From the NCBI RefSeq assembly GCF_000143415.4, contig NW_003314383.1:257340-321339 (forward strand): 64,000 bases of DNA, read 5' to 3'. Source of the DNA: Selaginella moellendorffii. Taxonomy: Eukaryota; Plantae; Lycopodiophyta. Made by a program: the position numbers and the translations under genes. Positions 37,913 through 50,145 of the stretch are shown in pieces; within the stretch, counting starts at the first letter, position 1, and each line of letters opens with the position of its first letter. The notes under the pieces are model-generated. The model saw only the letters and a list, made by a program, of their open reading frames with translations, was not told the DNA's origin and made no database searches.

Positions 37913-39941
37913 TTAAGACCATATCACATTACCATTCAAATCTAACAATTTTGTGGAGATGTTTTTCATATCTCCAATAACTTTTGACAGTGCATAAGCA
38001 GCAAAGAAATATCTAACTTCTAACCAGTTTTCAGCTTCTGGACATATCACACTTAGATCATCACTGAAGTTGAACCCAATTTTTGCTATAAAATATCGAT
38101 TCCTAAACATAAATATTTAGATAATTAAATATAAAAATAAAAAACTCACAAAGTATGATGATGAAAAATTGCCAAATAATCATCCAATCCAGCCAACCTT
38201 GAATCTGTAGAAAAAATAAAAACTGTTTCTAAGAAAATATAAAAAGTTATCTACTGACCTGACTCAGAATACTTAAGGCTCATCCCAAGTGCTATACTTC
38301 TTATATGTTGAAGTTCAAATTCAGTAGTTTTAAGAATCCTAGCTGTTTGTAAAGCTTCCAGCACTTCCTAAAAAACATAAAAGAATAAAATTTATAAGAA
38401 AATTCAAATGATATAATATAATACCATGATAGGAATGTTGTACATTGATTTCCTACTTTGGATCAATGTAGACAGTTTAGTCCCAGGGTCCTTTTGTAAA
38501 TGCCGCTCTGAAAGTACAAAAACATTTTAGATTAAAAGCTAAAAATATTTGCTTGCCAAGAAAGATCCTAAACATCGCATGTGTTGCCCATCTCATCACG
38601 TCGTTAGCTAAGCAATTTGGATTTTCACAAAGCATCATTGTAAGGCCACCACACTTGGTTTTTGAGCACGGAATGTATTTTGCATTAGCAGCCAGCACAG
38701 CAGTGGAGAATAAACATTCTCCAGCCTTAGTCTGTGAAAGAACAGGAGTAAGCATCACAGAAACGATACTGATTTACCTGATATTCTGGCATGACAAGAA
38801 AAGTGATTTACCTTAGATTTTGGCTCGAGCAGCATTGTGTCCTGAGAATTGGTGACCTTGTCCAATGTACCCCCACGATCCTGTAAAAAAATGAAATGGA
38901 ATTAAACGTCACGAGTAATAAGGAAGAATGATTTACTTGCGACTTGAGCAACATCATCTCTGTTATTCCCTCTGAATGCATTATGTCACATACGGCCGCG
39001 TCCTTGGCCACCCTGCCCTGGACACCAAGCTTGTCCCAAAGACGATCGTCAAAGACTGCCTTGGCAGGGACAAGCTTGGTGCCAGCCACACACGGCAGCA
39101 CGTCGCGTAGAGCATCTTCAGCGAAAAAGAGGCCCATCTTTCTATTGATGCCAATACCGCGGAGATCCACCACGACGCACTTTCTGATCCCGATCGCGTC
39201 CACAGCGTCCAGCTCCTTGACAGGATCCTCTCCACGGTCATGAGACGCCTGGACGAACTTCCTGGCCGACAGTGTCATGGGCATGCCCCGGAAGTCGTCG
39301 TAGTTGACGACCCAGTCCAGAGAGCCATACTGCAATGCCTTGGTGGGAACCGCCAGAAGGATGTAGCCAGTGGAGACCCGATTCTGCCAGATGGATTCCT
39401 TATAGACGAGGACTTGTTTAGCATCAAGCTCTCCTAAAGTTCCATCGATCACGAATTCCGCCGGAGGACCCCGACACCGCAGGCCGAGCTCAAACGTGGA
39501 AATGCAGCCCACGGCTTCGATCCTCCTGATCTGGCATGGCTCCAGCGGCGTCATTGAAGGCTCCATTTCGTTGTCGTACAAGTAGGCTGGAATGCTCCAA
39601 GGCGCTCCCCAGTAAAGGGCATTTGCATGTGTACGACGCTGCTTGGGGCAGATGTTTCCATGAGCGTAGCTCAGGTGATCAAGCAACGTCGTGTCGGGGC
39701 AGCCGCATGCAGTCAACTGCCGGTTGTAGCAGATATCGCAGAAGAGGAACAAGGAGGTGGTGGTGTTATCATAGACGAGCTTGAGAGGAGGAGCAGGAGT
39801 ACGAGGCCGAGCTCGAACCCGAGCTTGAGTTTCCACGAGCGTGCCGCATCCGCGGGCAACTCCTGCACCCACAAGCTAAATGTTAGCTGCGCTCTTGCGC
39901 TCTTCTACTCACTCACGTCCAAAAAGCCGCCGCCAGAACAT
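37913..39941 (-). CDS. Uncharacterised 543-aa protein, 8 exons (partner gene copy C, the only intact copy)
   Basis: Exons 39941-39917, 39862-38937, 38880-38812, 38731-38557, 38507-38425, 38367-38259, 38204-38150 and 38102-37913 total 1632 nt in one open frame, MFWRRLFG...DLNGNVIWS*. Introns are 47-80 nt, six GT-AG and one GC-AG. Confidence 0.8.
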
Positions 39942-39964
39942 GCCGCCCAACCAGGAGCAAGAGT

Positions 39965-40022
39965 TTATCTGCGAGTGTGCTGGGCAGATCCACTTATCCG
40001 CGAGTGTGCTAGGCAGATCCAC
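39965..40022. promoter_or_regulatory. Two copies of a 29-bp direct repeat in the divergent intergenic region
   Basis: ttatc(t/c)gcgagtgtgct(g/a)ggcagatccac twice, kept in all five cassettes. Regulatory role is inferred from position only. Confidence 0.5.
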
Positions 40023-40309
40023 CGATAGCTACCACCCTAGACACTTTTAGGGCAAGGTTCTTAGAATATTCCTTGAAACTCCATCTATATAAAAAGTTAA
40101 TCTTTATAATGAACATTTAATTTCTTTAGTGATCAATGATGCGGCATCTCAAATATGTACTTAGAATTAAATAATTCTTGCTATCAAAGTTTTAGGATCA
40201 CCAACTTGATCCGTTAGCCTCGTGTCATAGGCACTCGTTTGTAGTATTTAACATCGGTTCTAGAGCTCCTTTTCCTATCTTTCTAGGCTTCCATAGTGTA
40301 GAGTTCTCT

Positions 40310-41183
40310 ATGGCTCACACTTTTCTCTTTGCTACTTCTCTCTTCGCTGTTCTTGCTAGCGCTGTTCTAGCTACCAACACCAACAACTCATGTTTCCCAG
40401 GTAAGACTCTGCAAGCGATTTTACAACCAGTCACAAGCTTTATGTTCGCAGGCGATGCCACCGTCCAAATGTATAACGGCGACCTCAAACTCATGAGAGA
40501 TCTCGAAGTTGGAGACAAGGTATTGTATTGCTCTTAAGTTTCTCGAAAGCCCATCTAAACGTGCCAGATCTAAAGGTTGCAGTGAGCAAAAACGTGTTCT
40601 CCGATGTCTACGCATTCGGCCACAAGGACGCCGATGTGATCTCCGAGTTCATCCAGGTCCACACCGCCTCAGACATGATCGAGCTTAGCGAGGGCCACTT
40701 CATCCCAGTCGACGCCAAGGGAAAGCTTGTGTACAAGCGAGCCAAGGATCTCCAGGTTGGAGAAACTCTCTGGGGATCATCTCAAATCACTGGTAACATC
40801 ATACTTCTTTTGAGACTTTGCTCTTACTTTTGACAATTATAGAACTTTCCAAGGTGGAGAAGCTGGGCCTCTACAACCCATTCACTCTCTCCGGCAACAT
40901 CATGGTTAACAACGTGGAGGCTTCCTCCCACAGCGAGTGGTTCCTGGACTCCCTCTTTGATGCCATTGGCGCAACTGAGTACCTCCCATATGCATACCAG
41001 GCCGTGCTCGCTCCACTTCGTGCCATCTACAACATTGTTGGGAAGGAAATCTATGGAAAGGGTTATGCTGCCGTCAATTCTTGTGTCAACGTTGCTGAAT
41101 TTGGAATGAAGCACGGAGGAAGCATTGCTCTCACCGTTGGAATCGCTGGAGTTGCAACAGCAATGCTGGCCACGAAGTCTTGA
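40310..41183 (+). CDS. Secreted Hint/Hog-domain (Hedgehog C-terminal-like) protein, copy C, 238 aa, 4 exons
   Basis: Exons 40310-40400, 40452-40519, 40576-40792 and 40843-41183 total 717 nt with GT-AG introns of 50-56 nt. Signal peptide, S27|C28FPGDATV...MRDLEVGDKV...FSDVYAFGHKD...IELSEGHFI...AKDLQVGE...GLYNPFTLSGNIMVNNVEASSHS, an SRR-like YQAVLAPLRAIY helix and a hydrophobic C-tail. Confidence 0.93.
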
Positions 41184-43080
41184 GCAAAAATCAGGAGTAA
41201 ATAAGAGAGAAATAATCACAATCCAGATCAAGTCAATGTAAATCTCCAGAACAAGAACAAAAGAAATGAGTGAAGAAACTGTGTGATGTCAAACAAAAGC
41301 TTCATTTCATGACATGCATCACAAAGATGCATAGATGTTTTCCAAGTTTTTCAAATGTATAAGAGGTTCTAAATGTATAATAAGGATAGTGGGTAAGTCG
41401 GGCATAGTTGACTAACCTAAGGTATAGTTTAGCTTTTGTTTGTGTTTTTGTCATTGTTTTGTGTCTGGATTGGGTCTAAGCTTAAATTTCATATTATGTT
41501 AGTTGGTGGAGTATTTATATCCTCGCATTAGACTACTAGTATGCTGAAATAGTATTAAATTTCATTTGGCTCCATTTTACATGTTAGTTCTAGCATTGGG
41601 ATGGTAAATGCTCTAATGTTATTTTAAGTTGCTTCACATTCCTATCCCTTCACTTTTTGTGCTGTACATTCAAGAATCCGTTCTATGCTTTAGTGCTATT
41701 ACCCTTTAACCTTATCTTAGGAGTTTGGCACTATTCCTTCATTCAATAGTCTAAGGCCCTGAAACTCAAGTTCTACACCATTGTCCTTGGGATACATGGC
41801 ATGTGATATATAGCACATGTGCTTCATGGTTATCATATGGTAAATCATCATAGGATAAAAAGGTAAAAATCATGTGATATAAATTTTTATATTCCATGCA
41901 CTCACATTGATGGAGTTGAAGAGTAGCTTTGATTGTCTTTGAGGAATGCTTAGATTTATATTTTTAATTTAGATCTAGTTTTTGGTTTAGATAATTAGTT
42001 TAGTTATTTGATGTTATGTGGTTGCAACTAAATAATTAATTTCAGTTGATGGTGACATTCATGGCAAATGGTGCAACTCTTCTTACTCTTTCTGCCCATC
42101 CTTATATCTGGTCAAATTTTTTCTGTAGAAATCCCAAAGATGATATTGATCATTGGTTCAATCACTTTACATTGATTGCCAATTATTATTTTTGAAATGA
42201 TATCTAATATTTACACAAGTTTTTCACATATCTCCAAGAGACATTGTTGTAGTGGTACAATGGTTTAAGTGTGGAACCTCCTCCCAAATGTCTTCAAGCA
42301 TGCATTTAGAAATGTTGATAATTGTGATGATGCCTTCTAACAATTGCATCATCTTTGTCAGGGACCGTTTAAGTCAGTTATGCAATTTAATGTTTGAATC
42401 TAAAGCCTCTTACTTCGTGTAGAGCTTAAGTAAATAAAAATCAGAAATATTTTCAAAAGAAATATAAAATGATTTGCTACACTTTAGATGTACCAATGCT
42501 TTGTTTGTTTAATAGTAGTGCTTATTATTTATTAATCTAATTGATCAATAGGAAGTTTATAATTTCTAAACACGAGATTAAATTTATTACACATTAACCA
42601 TTAAATGTTCTAGCATTAAATGGTAGAATATCCTAGAGTATTTAAATATATTCTAAATGTCTACTACCAATTCTAAATGGACAATCTATATTATCTCACT
42701 TAAGTAAGTGATAAACCAAATTTCCATTACCTAAACAAACATCCATAAATTTTTTATTGAAATCATGCAAATTGAACCTGCCTCAAGGCCTACAACTGGA
42801 CAACCTGTGTGCCTTGGGCCATTATCACTTTATTATTATAGATAGAATTGTAACAAAAAAAGTGTAAAGAATAAATAGAAATTTCTATGTTGTACATATT
42901 GATTTTTTTCAAGTCATCTACATATAGGAGGAGCTAGAACTAAGACATATCTCATTTTATAGCTATTAAATATTAAATTTAATGCTTAATCTAGATTTAT
43001 ACTTATCATTATATTCTAAAATATATTACCCTAAACCGTAAATATCAAATAATATTTAAGATATAACCCCTACTGATTGT

Positions 43081-45025
43081 TTAACACCATATCAATGTTT
43101 TTCATATCTTCAATACAGTGCATAAACAGCAAAGAAATATCTAACTTCCAACCAGTTTTCAGCTTCTGGACATATCACACTTAGATCATCACTGAAGTTG
43201 AACCCAATTTTTGCTATAAAATGTCCATATTCCTAAACATAAATATTTAGATACTTAAATATAAAAATAAAAAACTCACAAAGTATGATGATGAAAAATT
43301 GCCAAATAATCATCCAATCCAGCCAACCTTGAATCTGTAGAAAAAATAAAATAACCTGACTCAGAATACTTAAGGCTCATCCCAAGTGCTATACTTCTTA
43401 TATGTTGAAGTTCAAATTCAGTAGTTTTAAGAATCCTAGCTGTTTGTAAAGCTTCCAGCACTTCCTAAAAAACATAAAGAATAAAAGTAAAAAAATTTCA
43501 AATGATATAATATAATACCATGATAGGAATGTTGTACATTGATTTCCTACTTTGGACAGTTTAGTCCCAGGGTCCTTTTGTAAATGCCGCTCTGAAAGTA
43601 CAAAAACATTTTAGATTAAAAGCTAAAAATATTTGCTTGCCGAGAAAGATCCTAAACATCGCCTGTGTTGCCCATCTCATCACGTTGTTAGCTAAGCAAT
43701 TTGGATTTTCACAAAGCATCATTGTAAGGCCGCCACACTTGGTTTTTGAGCACGGAATGTATTTTGCGTTAGCAGCCAGCACAGCAGTGGAGAATAAACA
43801 TTCTCCAGCCTTAGTCTGTGAAAGAACAGGAGTAAGCATCACAGAAACGATACTGATTTACCTGATATTCTGGCATGACAAGAAAAGTGATTTACCTTAG
43901 ATTTTGGCTCGAGCAGCATTGTGTCCTGAGAATTGGTGACCTTGTCCAATCTACCCCCACAATCCTGTACAAAAATGAAATGGAATTAAACGTCACGTGT
44001 AATAAGGAAGAATGATTTACTTGCGACTTGAGCAACATCATCTCTGTTATTCCCTCTGAATGCATTATGTCACATACGGCCGCGTCCTTGGCCACCCTGC
44101 CCTGGACACCAAGCTTGTCCCAAAGACGATCGTCAAAGACTGCCTTGGCAGGGACAAGCTTGGTGCCAGCCACACACGGCAGCACGTCGCGTAGAGCATC
44201 TTCAGCGAAAAAGAGGCCCATCTTTCTATTGATGCCAATACCGCGGAGATCCACCACGACGCACTTTCTGATCCCGATCGCGTCCACAGCGTCCAGCTCC
44301 TTGACAGGATCCTCTCCACGGTCATGAGACGCCTGGACGAACTTCCTGGCCGACAGTGTCATGGGCATGCCCCGGAAGTCGTCGTAGTTGACGACCCAGT
44401 CCAGAGAGCCATACTGCAATGCCTTGGTGGGAACCGCCAGAAGGATGTAGCCAGTGGAGACCCGATTCTGCCAGATGGATTCCTTATAGACAAGGACTTG
44501 TTTAGCATCAAGCTCTCCTAAAGTTCCATCGATCACGAATTCCGCCGGAGGACCCCGACACCGCAGGCCGAGCTCGAACGTGGAAATGCAGCCCACGGCT
44601 TCGATGCTCCTGATCTGGCATGGCTCCAGCGGCGTCATTGAAGGCTCCATTTCGTTGTCGTACAAGTAGGCTGGAATGCTCCAAGGCGCTCCCCAGTAAA
44701 GGGCATTTGCATGTGTACGACGCTGCTTGGGGCAGATGTTTCCATGAGCGTAGCTCAGGTGATCAAGCAACGTCGTGTCGGGGCAGCCGCATGCAGTCAA
44801 CTGCCGGTTGTAGCAGATATCGCAGAAGAGGAACAAGGAGGTGGTGGTGTTATCATAGACGAGCTTGAGAGGAGGAGCAGGAGCACGAGGCCGAGCTCGA
44901 ACCCGAGCTCGAGTTTCCGCGAGCGTGCCACATCCGCGGGCAACTCCTGTGCCCACAAGCTAAATGTTAGCTGCGCTCTTGCGCTCTTCTACTCACTCAC
45001 CTCCAAAAAGCCGCCGCCAGAACAT
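43081..45025 (-). pseudogene. Partner gene copy D, 3' half disrupted
   Basis: Exons 1-4 open; 10-nt deletion in exon 5 (~43555), 21-nt collapsed intron, indels in the last exon. Confidence 0.75.
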
Positions 45026-45409
45026 GCCGCCCAACCAGGAGCAAGAGTTTATCTGCGAGTGTGCTGGGCAGATCCACTTATCCGCGAGTGTGCTAGGCAG
45101 ATCCACCGATAGCTATAGACACTTTTAGGGCAAGGTTCTTAGAATATTCCTTGAAACTCCATTTTGCTTTCATTCTTTTAATGCTATATAAAAAGTTAAT
45201 CTTTATAATGAACATTTAATTTCTTTAGTGAGTCGATGATGCGGCATCTCAAATATGTACTTAGAATTAAATAATTCTTTCTATCAAAGTTTTAGGATCA
45301 CCAACTTGATCCGTTAGCCTCATGTCATAGGCACTCGTTTGTAGTATTTAACATCGGTTCTAGAGCTCCTTTTCCTATCTTTCTAGGCTTCCATAGTGTA
45401 GAGTTCTCT

Positions 45410-46294
45410 ATGGCTCACACTTTTCTCTTTGCTACTTCTCTCTTCGCTGTTCTTGCTAGCGCTGTTCTAGCTACCAACACCAACAACTCATGTTTCCCAG
45501 GTAAGACTCTGCAAGCGATTTTACAACCAGTCACAAGCTTTATGTTTGCAATCAAAACACAGGCGACGCCACCGTCCAAATGTATAACGGCGACCTCAAA
45601 CTCATGAGAGATCTCGAAGTTGGAGACAAGGTATTGTATTGCTCTTAAGTTTTTCGAGAGCCCAGCTAAACGTGCCAGGTCTAAAGATTGCAGTGAGCAA
45701 AAACGTGTTCTCCGATGTCTACGCATTCGGCCACAAGGACACCGATGTGATCTCCGAGTTCATCCAGGTCCACACCGCCTCAGACATGATCGAGCTTAGC
45801 GAGGGCCACTTCATCCCAGTCGACGCCAAGGGAAAGCTTGTGTACAAGCGAGCCAAGGATCTCCAGGTTGGAGAAACTCTCTGGGGATCATCTCAAATCA
45901 CTGGTAACATCATACTTGTTTTGAGACTTTGCTCTTACTTTTGATAATTATAGAACTTTCCAAGGTGGAGAAGCTGGATCTCTACAACCCATTCACTCTC
46001 TCCGGCAACATCATGGTTAACAACGTGGAGGCTTCCTCTCACAGCGAGTGGTTCCTGGACTCCCTCTTTGATGCCATTGGCGCAACTGAGTACCTCCCAT
46101 ATGCATACCAGGCCGTGCTCGCTCCACTTCGTGCCATCTACAACATTGTCGGGAAGGAAATCTATGGAAAGGGTTATGCTGCCGTCAATTCTTGTGTCAA
46201 CGTTGCTGAATTTGGAATGAAGCACGGAGGAAGCATTGCTCTCACCATTGGAATCAATGGAGTTGCAACAGCAATGCTGGCCACGAAGGCTTGA
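45410..46294 (+). CDS. Secreted Hint/Hog-domain protein, copy D, apparently intact
   Basis: Near-identical to copy A, sharing the 11-nt intron-1 insertion and KDTD; carries G>D in the GLYNP motif. Confidence 0.85.
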
Positions 46295-47961
46295 GCAAAA
46301 ATCAGGAGTAAATAAGAGAGAAATAATCACAATCCAGATCAGGTCAATGTAAATCTCCAGAACAAGAATGAAAGAAATGAGTGAAGAAACTGTGTGATGT
46401 CAAACAAAAGCTTCATTTCATGACATGCATCACAAAGATGCATAAATGTTAAGTTTCTCAATTGTATAGGGGGTTTTAAATGTATAGTAAAGATAGTCGG
46501 GCATAGTTGACCAACCTAAGGTATAATTTCTTTTGTTTGTGTTTTTGTCATTGTTTTGTGTTTGGATTGGGTGTAAGCTTAAATTCTATACCATGTTAGT
46601 TGGTGGAGTATTTATATCCTCACGTTAGACTACTAATATGTTGAAATAATATGAAATTTCATTTGGTTCTGTTTTGCGTGTTAATTTTAGCATTGGGATG
46701 GTAAATGCTCTAATGTTGTTCTAAGTTACTTCACATTCCTATCCCTTCACTTTTTGGGCTGTACATTCAAGAGCCCATTCTGTGCTCTTGTGCCATTACC
46801 CTTTAACCCTATCTTAGGAGTTTGGCACTATTCCTTCATTCAATGGCTTAAGGCCCTGAAACTCAAGTTTTGCACCATTGTCCTTAGGACACATGGCATG
46901 TGATATATGGCATATGTGCTTCATGGTTATCATATGGTAAATCATCATAGGATAAAAGGTAAAAATCATGTGATATAAATTTTTATATTCGATGCACTCA
47001 TATTGACGGAGTTGAAGAGTAGCCTTGATTGTCTTTGAGGAATGCTTAGATTTATGTTTTTAATTTAGATCAAGTTTTTGGTTTAGATAATTAGTTTAGT
47101 TATTTGATGTTATGTGGTTGCAACTAAATAATTAATTTCAGTTGATGGTGATATTCATGGCAAATGGTGCAACTCTTCTAACTCTTTCTACCCATCCTTA
47201 TATCTGGTAAAATGTTTTTTGTAGAAATCCCAAAGATGATAATGATCATTGGTTCAATCACTTTACATTGATTGCCAATTATTATTTTTGAAATGATATC
47301 TAATATTTACACAAGTTTTTCACATATCTCCAAAAGACATTGTTGTAGTGGTACAATGGTTTAAGTGTGGAACCTCCTCCCAAATGTCTTCAAGCATGCA
47401 TTTAGAAATATTGATAATTGTGATGATGCCTTCTAACAATTGCATCATCTTTGTTAGGGACCATCTAAGTCAGTTATGCAATTTAATGTTTGAATCTAAA
47501 GCCTCTTACTTTGTGTAGAGTTTAAGTAAACAAAAATCAGAATTTTCAAAAGAAATATAAAATGATTTGCTACACTTTAGATGTACCAATGCTTTGTTTG
47601 TTTAATAGTAGTGCTTATTATTTATTAATCTAATTGATTGATAGGAAGTTTATAATTTCTAAACACGAGATTAAATTTATTACACATTAACCATTAAATG
47701 TTCTAGCATTAAATGGTAGAATATCCTAGAATATTTAAATATATTCTAAATATCTACTACCAAATCTAAATGGACAATCTATATTATCTCACTTAAGTAA
47801 GTGATAAACTAACTTTCCATTACCTAAACAAACATCCATAAATTTTTTATTGAAATCATGCAATCTTAATTGAAATCTTAATCTAGATTTATACTTATCA
47901 TTATATTCTAAAATATATTACCCTAAACCCTAATTATCCAAGAATAACCCCTACTGATTGT

Positions 47962-49949
47962 TTAACACCATATCACATTACCATTCAAACCTAACAATTT
48001 TGTGGAGATGTTTTCCATATCTTCAATACAGTGCATAAACAGCAAAGAAATATCTAACTTCCAACCAGTTTTCAGCTTCTGGACATATCACACTTACATC
48101 ATCACTGAAGTTGAACCCAATTTTTGCTATAAAATGTCCATATTCCTAAACATAAATATTTAGATACTTAAATATAAAAATAAAAAACTCACAAAGTATG
48201 ATGATGAAAAATTGCCAAATAATCATCCAATCCAGCCAACCTTGAATCTGTAGAAAAAATAAAATAACCTGACTCAGAATACTTAAGGCTCATCCCAAGT
48301 GCTATACGTCTTATATGTTGAAGTTCAAATTCAGTAGTTTTAAGAATCCTAGCAGTTTGTAAAGCTTCCAGCACTTCCTAAAAAACATAAAGAATAAAAT
48401 TTATAAGAAATTTCAAATGATATAATATAATACCATGATAGGAATGTTGTACATTGATTTCCTACTTTGGATCAACGTAGACAGTTTAGTCCCAGGGTCC
48501 TTTTGTAAATGCCGCTCTTAAAGTACAAAAACATTTTAGATTAAAAGCTAAAAATATTTGCTTGCCGAGAATGATCCTAAACATCGCCTGTGTTGCCCAT
48601 CTCATCACGTTGTTAGCTAAGCAATTTGGATTTTCACAAAGCATCGTTGTAAGGCCGCCACACTTGGTTTTTGAGCACGGAATGTATTTTGCATTAGCAG
48701 CCAGCACAGCAGTGGAGAATAAACATTCACCAACCTTAGTCTGTGAAAGAACAGTAGTAAGCATCACAGAAACGATACTGATTTACCTGATATTCTGGCA
48801 TGACAAGAAAAGTGATTTACCTTAGATTTTGGCTCGAGCAGCATTGTGTCCTGAGAATTGGTGACCTTGTCCAATGTACCCCCACAATCCTGTAAAAAAA
48901 TGAAATGGAATTAATCTTCACGAGTAATAAGGAAGAATGATTTACTTGCGACTTGAGCAACATCATCTCTGTTATTCCCTCTGAATGCATTATGTCACAT
49001 ACGGCCGCGTCCTTGGCCACCCTGCCCTGGACACCAAGCTTGTCCCAAAGACGATCGTCAAAGACTGCCTTGGCAGGGACAAGCTTGGTGCCAGCCACAC
49101 ACGCCAGCACGTCGTATAGAGCATCTTCGGCGAAAAAGAGGCCCATCTTTCTATTGATGCCAATACCGCGGAGATCCACCACGACGCACTTTCTGATCCC
49201 GATCGCGTCCACAGCGTTCAGCTCCTTGACAGGATCCTCTCCACGGTCATGAGACGCCTGGACGAACTTCCTGGCCGACAGTGTCATGGGCATGCCCCGG
49301 AAGTCGTCGTAGTTGACGACCCAGTCCAGAGAGCCATACTGCAATGCCTTGGTGGGAACCGCCAGAAGGATGTAGCCAGTGGAGACCCGATTCTGCCAGA
49401 TGGATTCCTTATAGACGAGGACTTGTTTAGCATCAAGCTCTCCTAAAGTTCCATCGATCACGAATTCCGCCGGAGGACCCGACACCGCAGGCCGAGCTCA
49501 AACGTGGAAATGCAGCCCACGGCTTCGATGCTCCTGATCTGGCATGGCTCCAGCGGCGTCATTGAAGGCTCCATTTCGTTGTCGTACAAGTAGGCTGGAA
49601 TGCTCCAAGGCGCTCCCCAGTAAAGGGCATTTGCATGTGTACGACGCTGCTTGGGGCAGATGTTTCCATGAGCGTAGCTCAGGTGATCAAGCAACGTCGT
49701 GTCGGGGCAGCCGCATGCAGTCAACTGCCGGTTGTAGCAGATATCGCAGAAGAGGAACAAGGAGGTGGTGGTGTTATCATAGACGAGCTTGAGAGGAGGA
49801 GCAGGAGCACGAGGCCGAGCTCGAACCCGAGCTCGAGTTTCCGCGAGCGTGCCACATCCGCGGGCAACTCCTGTGCCCACAAGCTAAATGTTAGCTGCGC
49901 TCTTGCGCTCTTCTACTCACTCACCTCCAAAAAGCCGCCGCCAGAACAT
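47962..49949 (-). pseudogene. Partner gene copy E, frameshifted
   Basis: 1-nt deletion in exon 2 (~49478; ORF split into 49458-49880 and 48817-49485), 21-nt collapsed intron, last-exon indels. Confidence 0.8.
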
Positions 49950-50145
49950 GCCGCCCAACCAGGAGCAAGAGTTTATCTGCGAGTGTGCTGGGCAGATCCA
50001 CTTATCCGCGAGTGTGCTAGGCAGATCCACCGATAGCTATAGACACTTTTAGGGCAAGGTTCTTAGAATATTCCTTGAAACTCCATAACTCGTTTTATTT
50101 TGCTTTCATTCTTTATATAAAAAGTTAATCTTTATAATGAACATG

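Noticed and set aside
38778-38785. Possible 8-nt micro-exon (AATATCAG) inside partner intron 3
   Set aside because: It would need a 26-nt intron and would shift the frame; a single 80-nt intron keeps it.
38553-40028. Plus-strand ORFs overlapping the partner gene, and minus-strand ORFs over the Hog and LRR genes
   Set aside because: Antisense shadows; splice signals and motifs support the opposite strand.
40391-40935. Hint domain as an intein or a true hedgehog orthologue
   Set aside because: No terminal His-Asn, no endonuclease or host extein, and no Hedge signalling domain.
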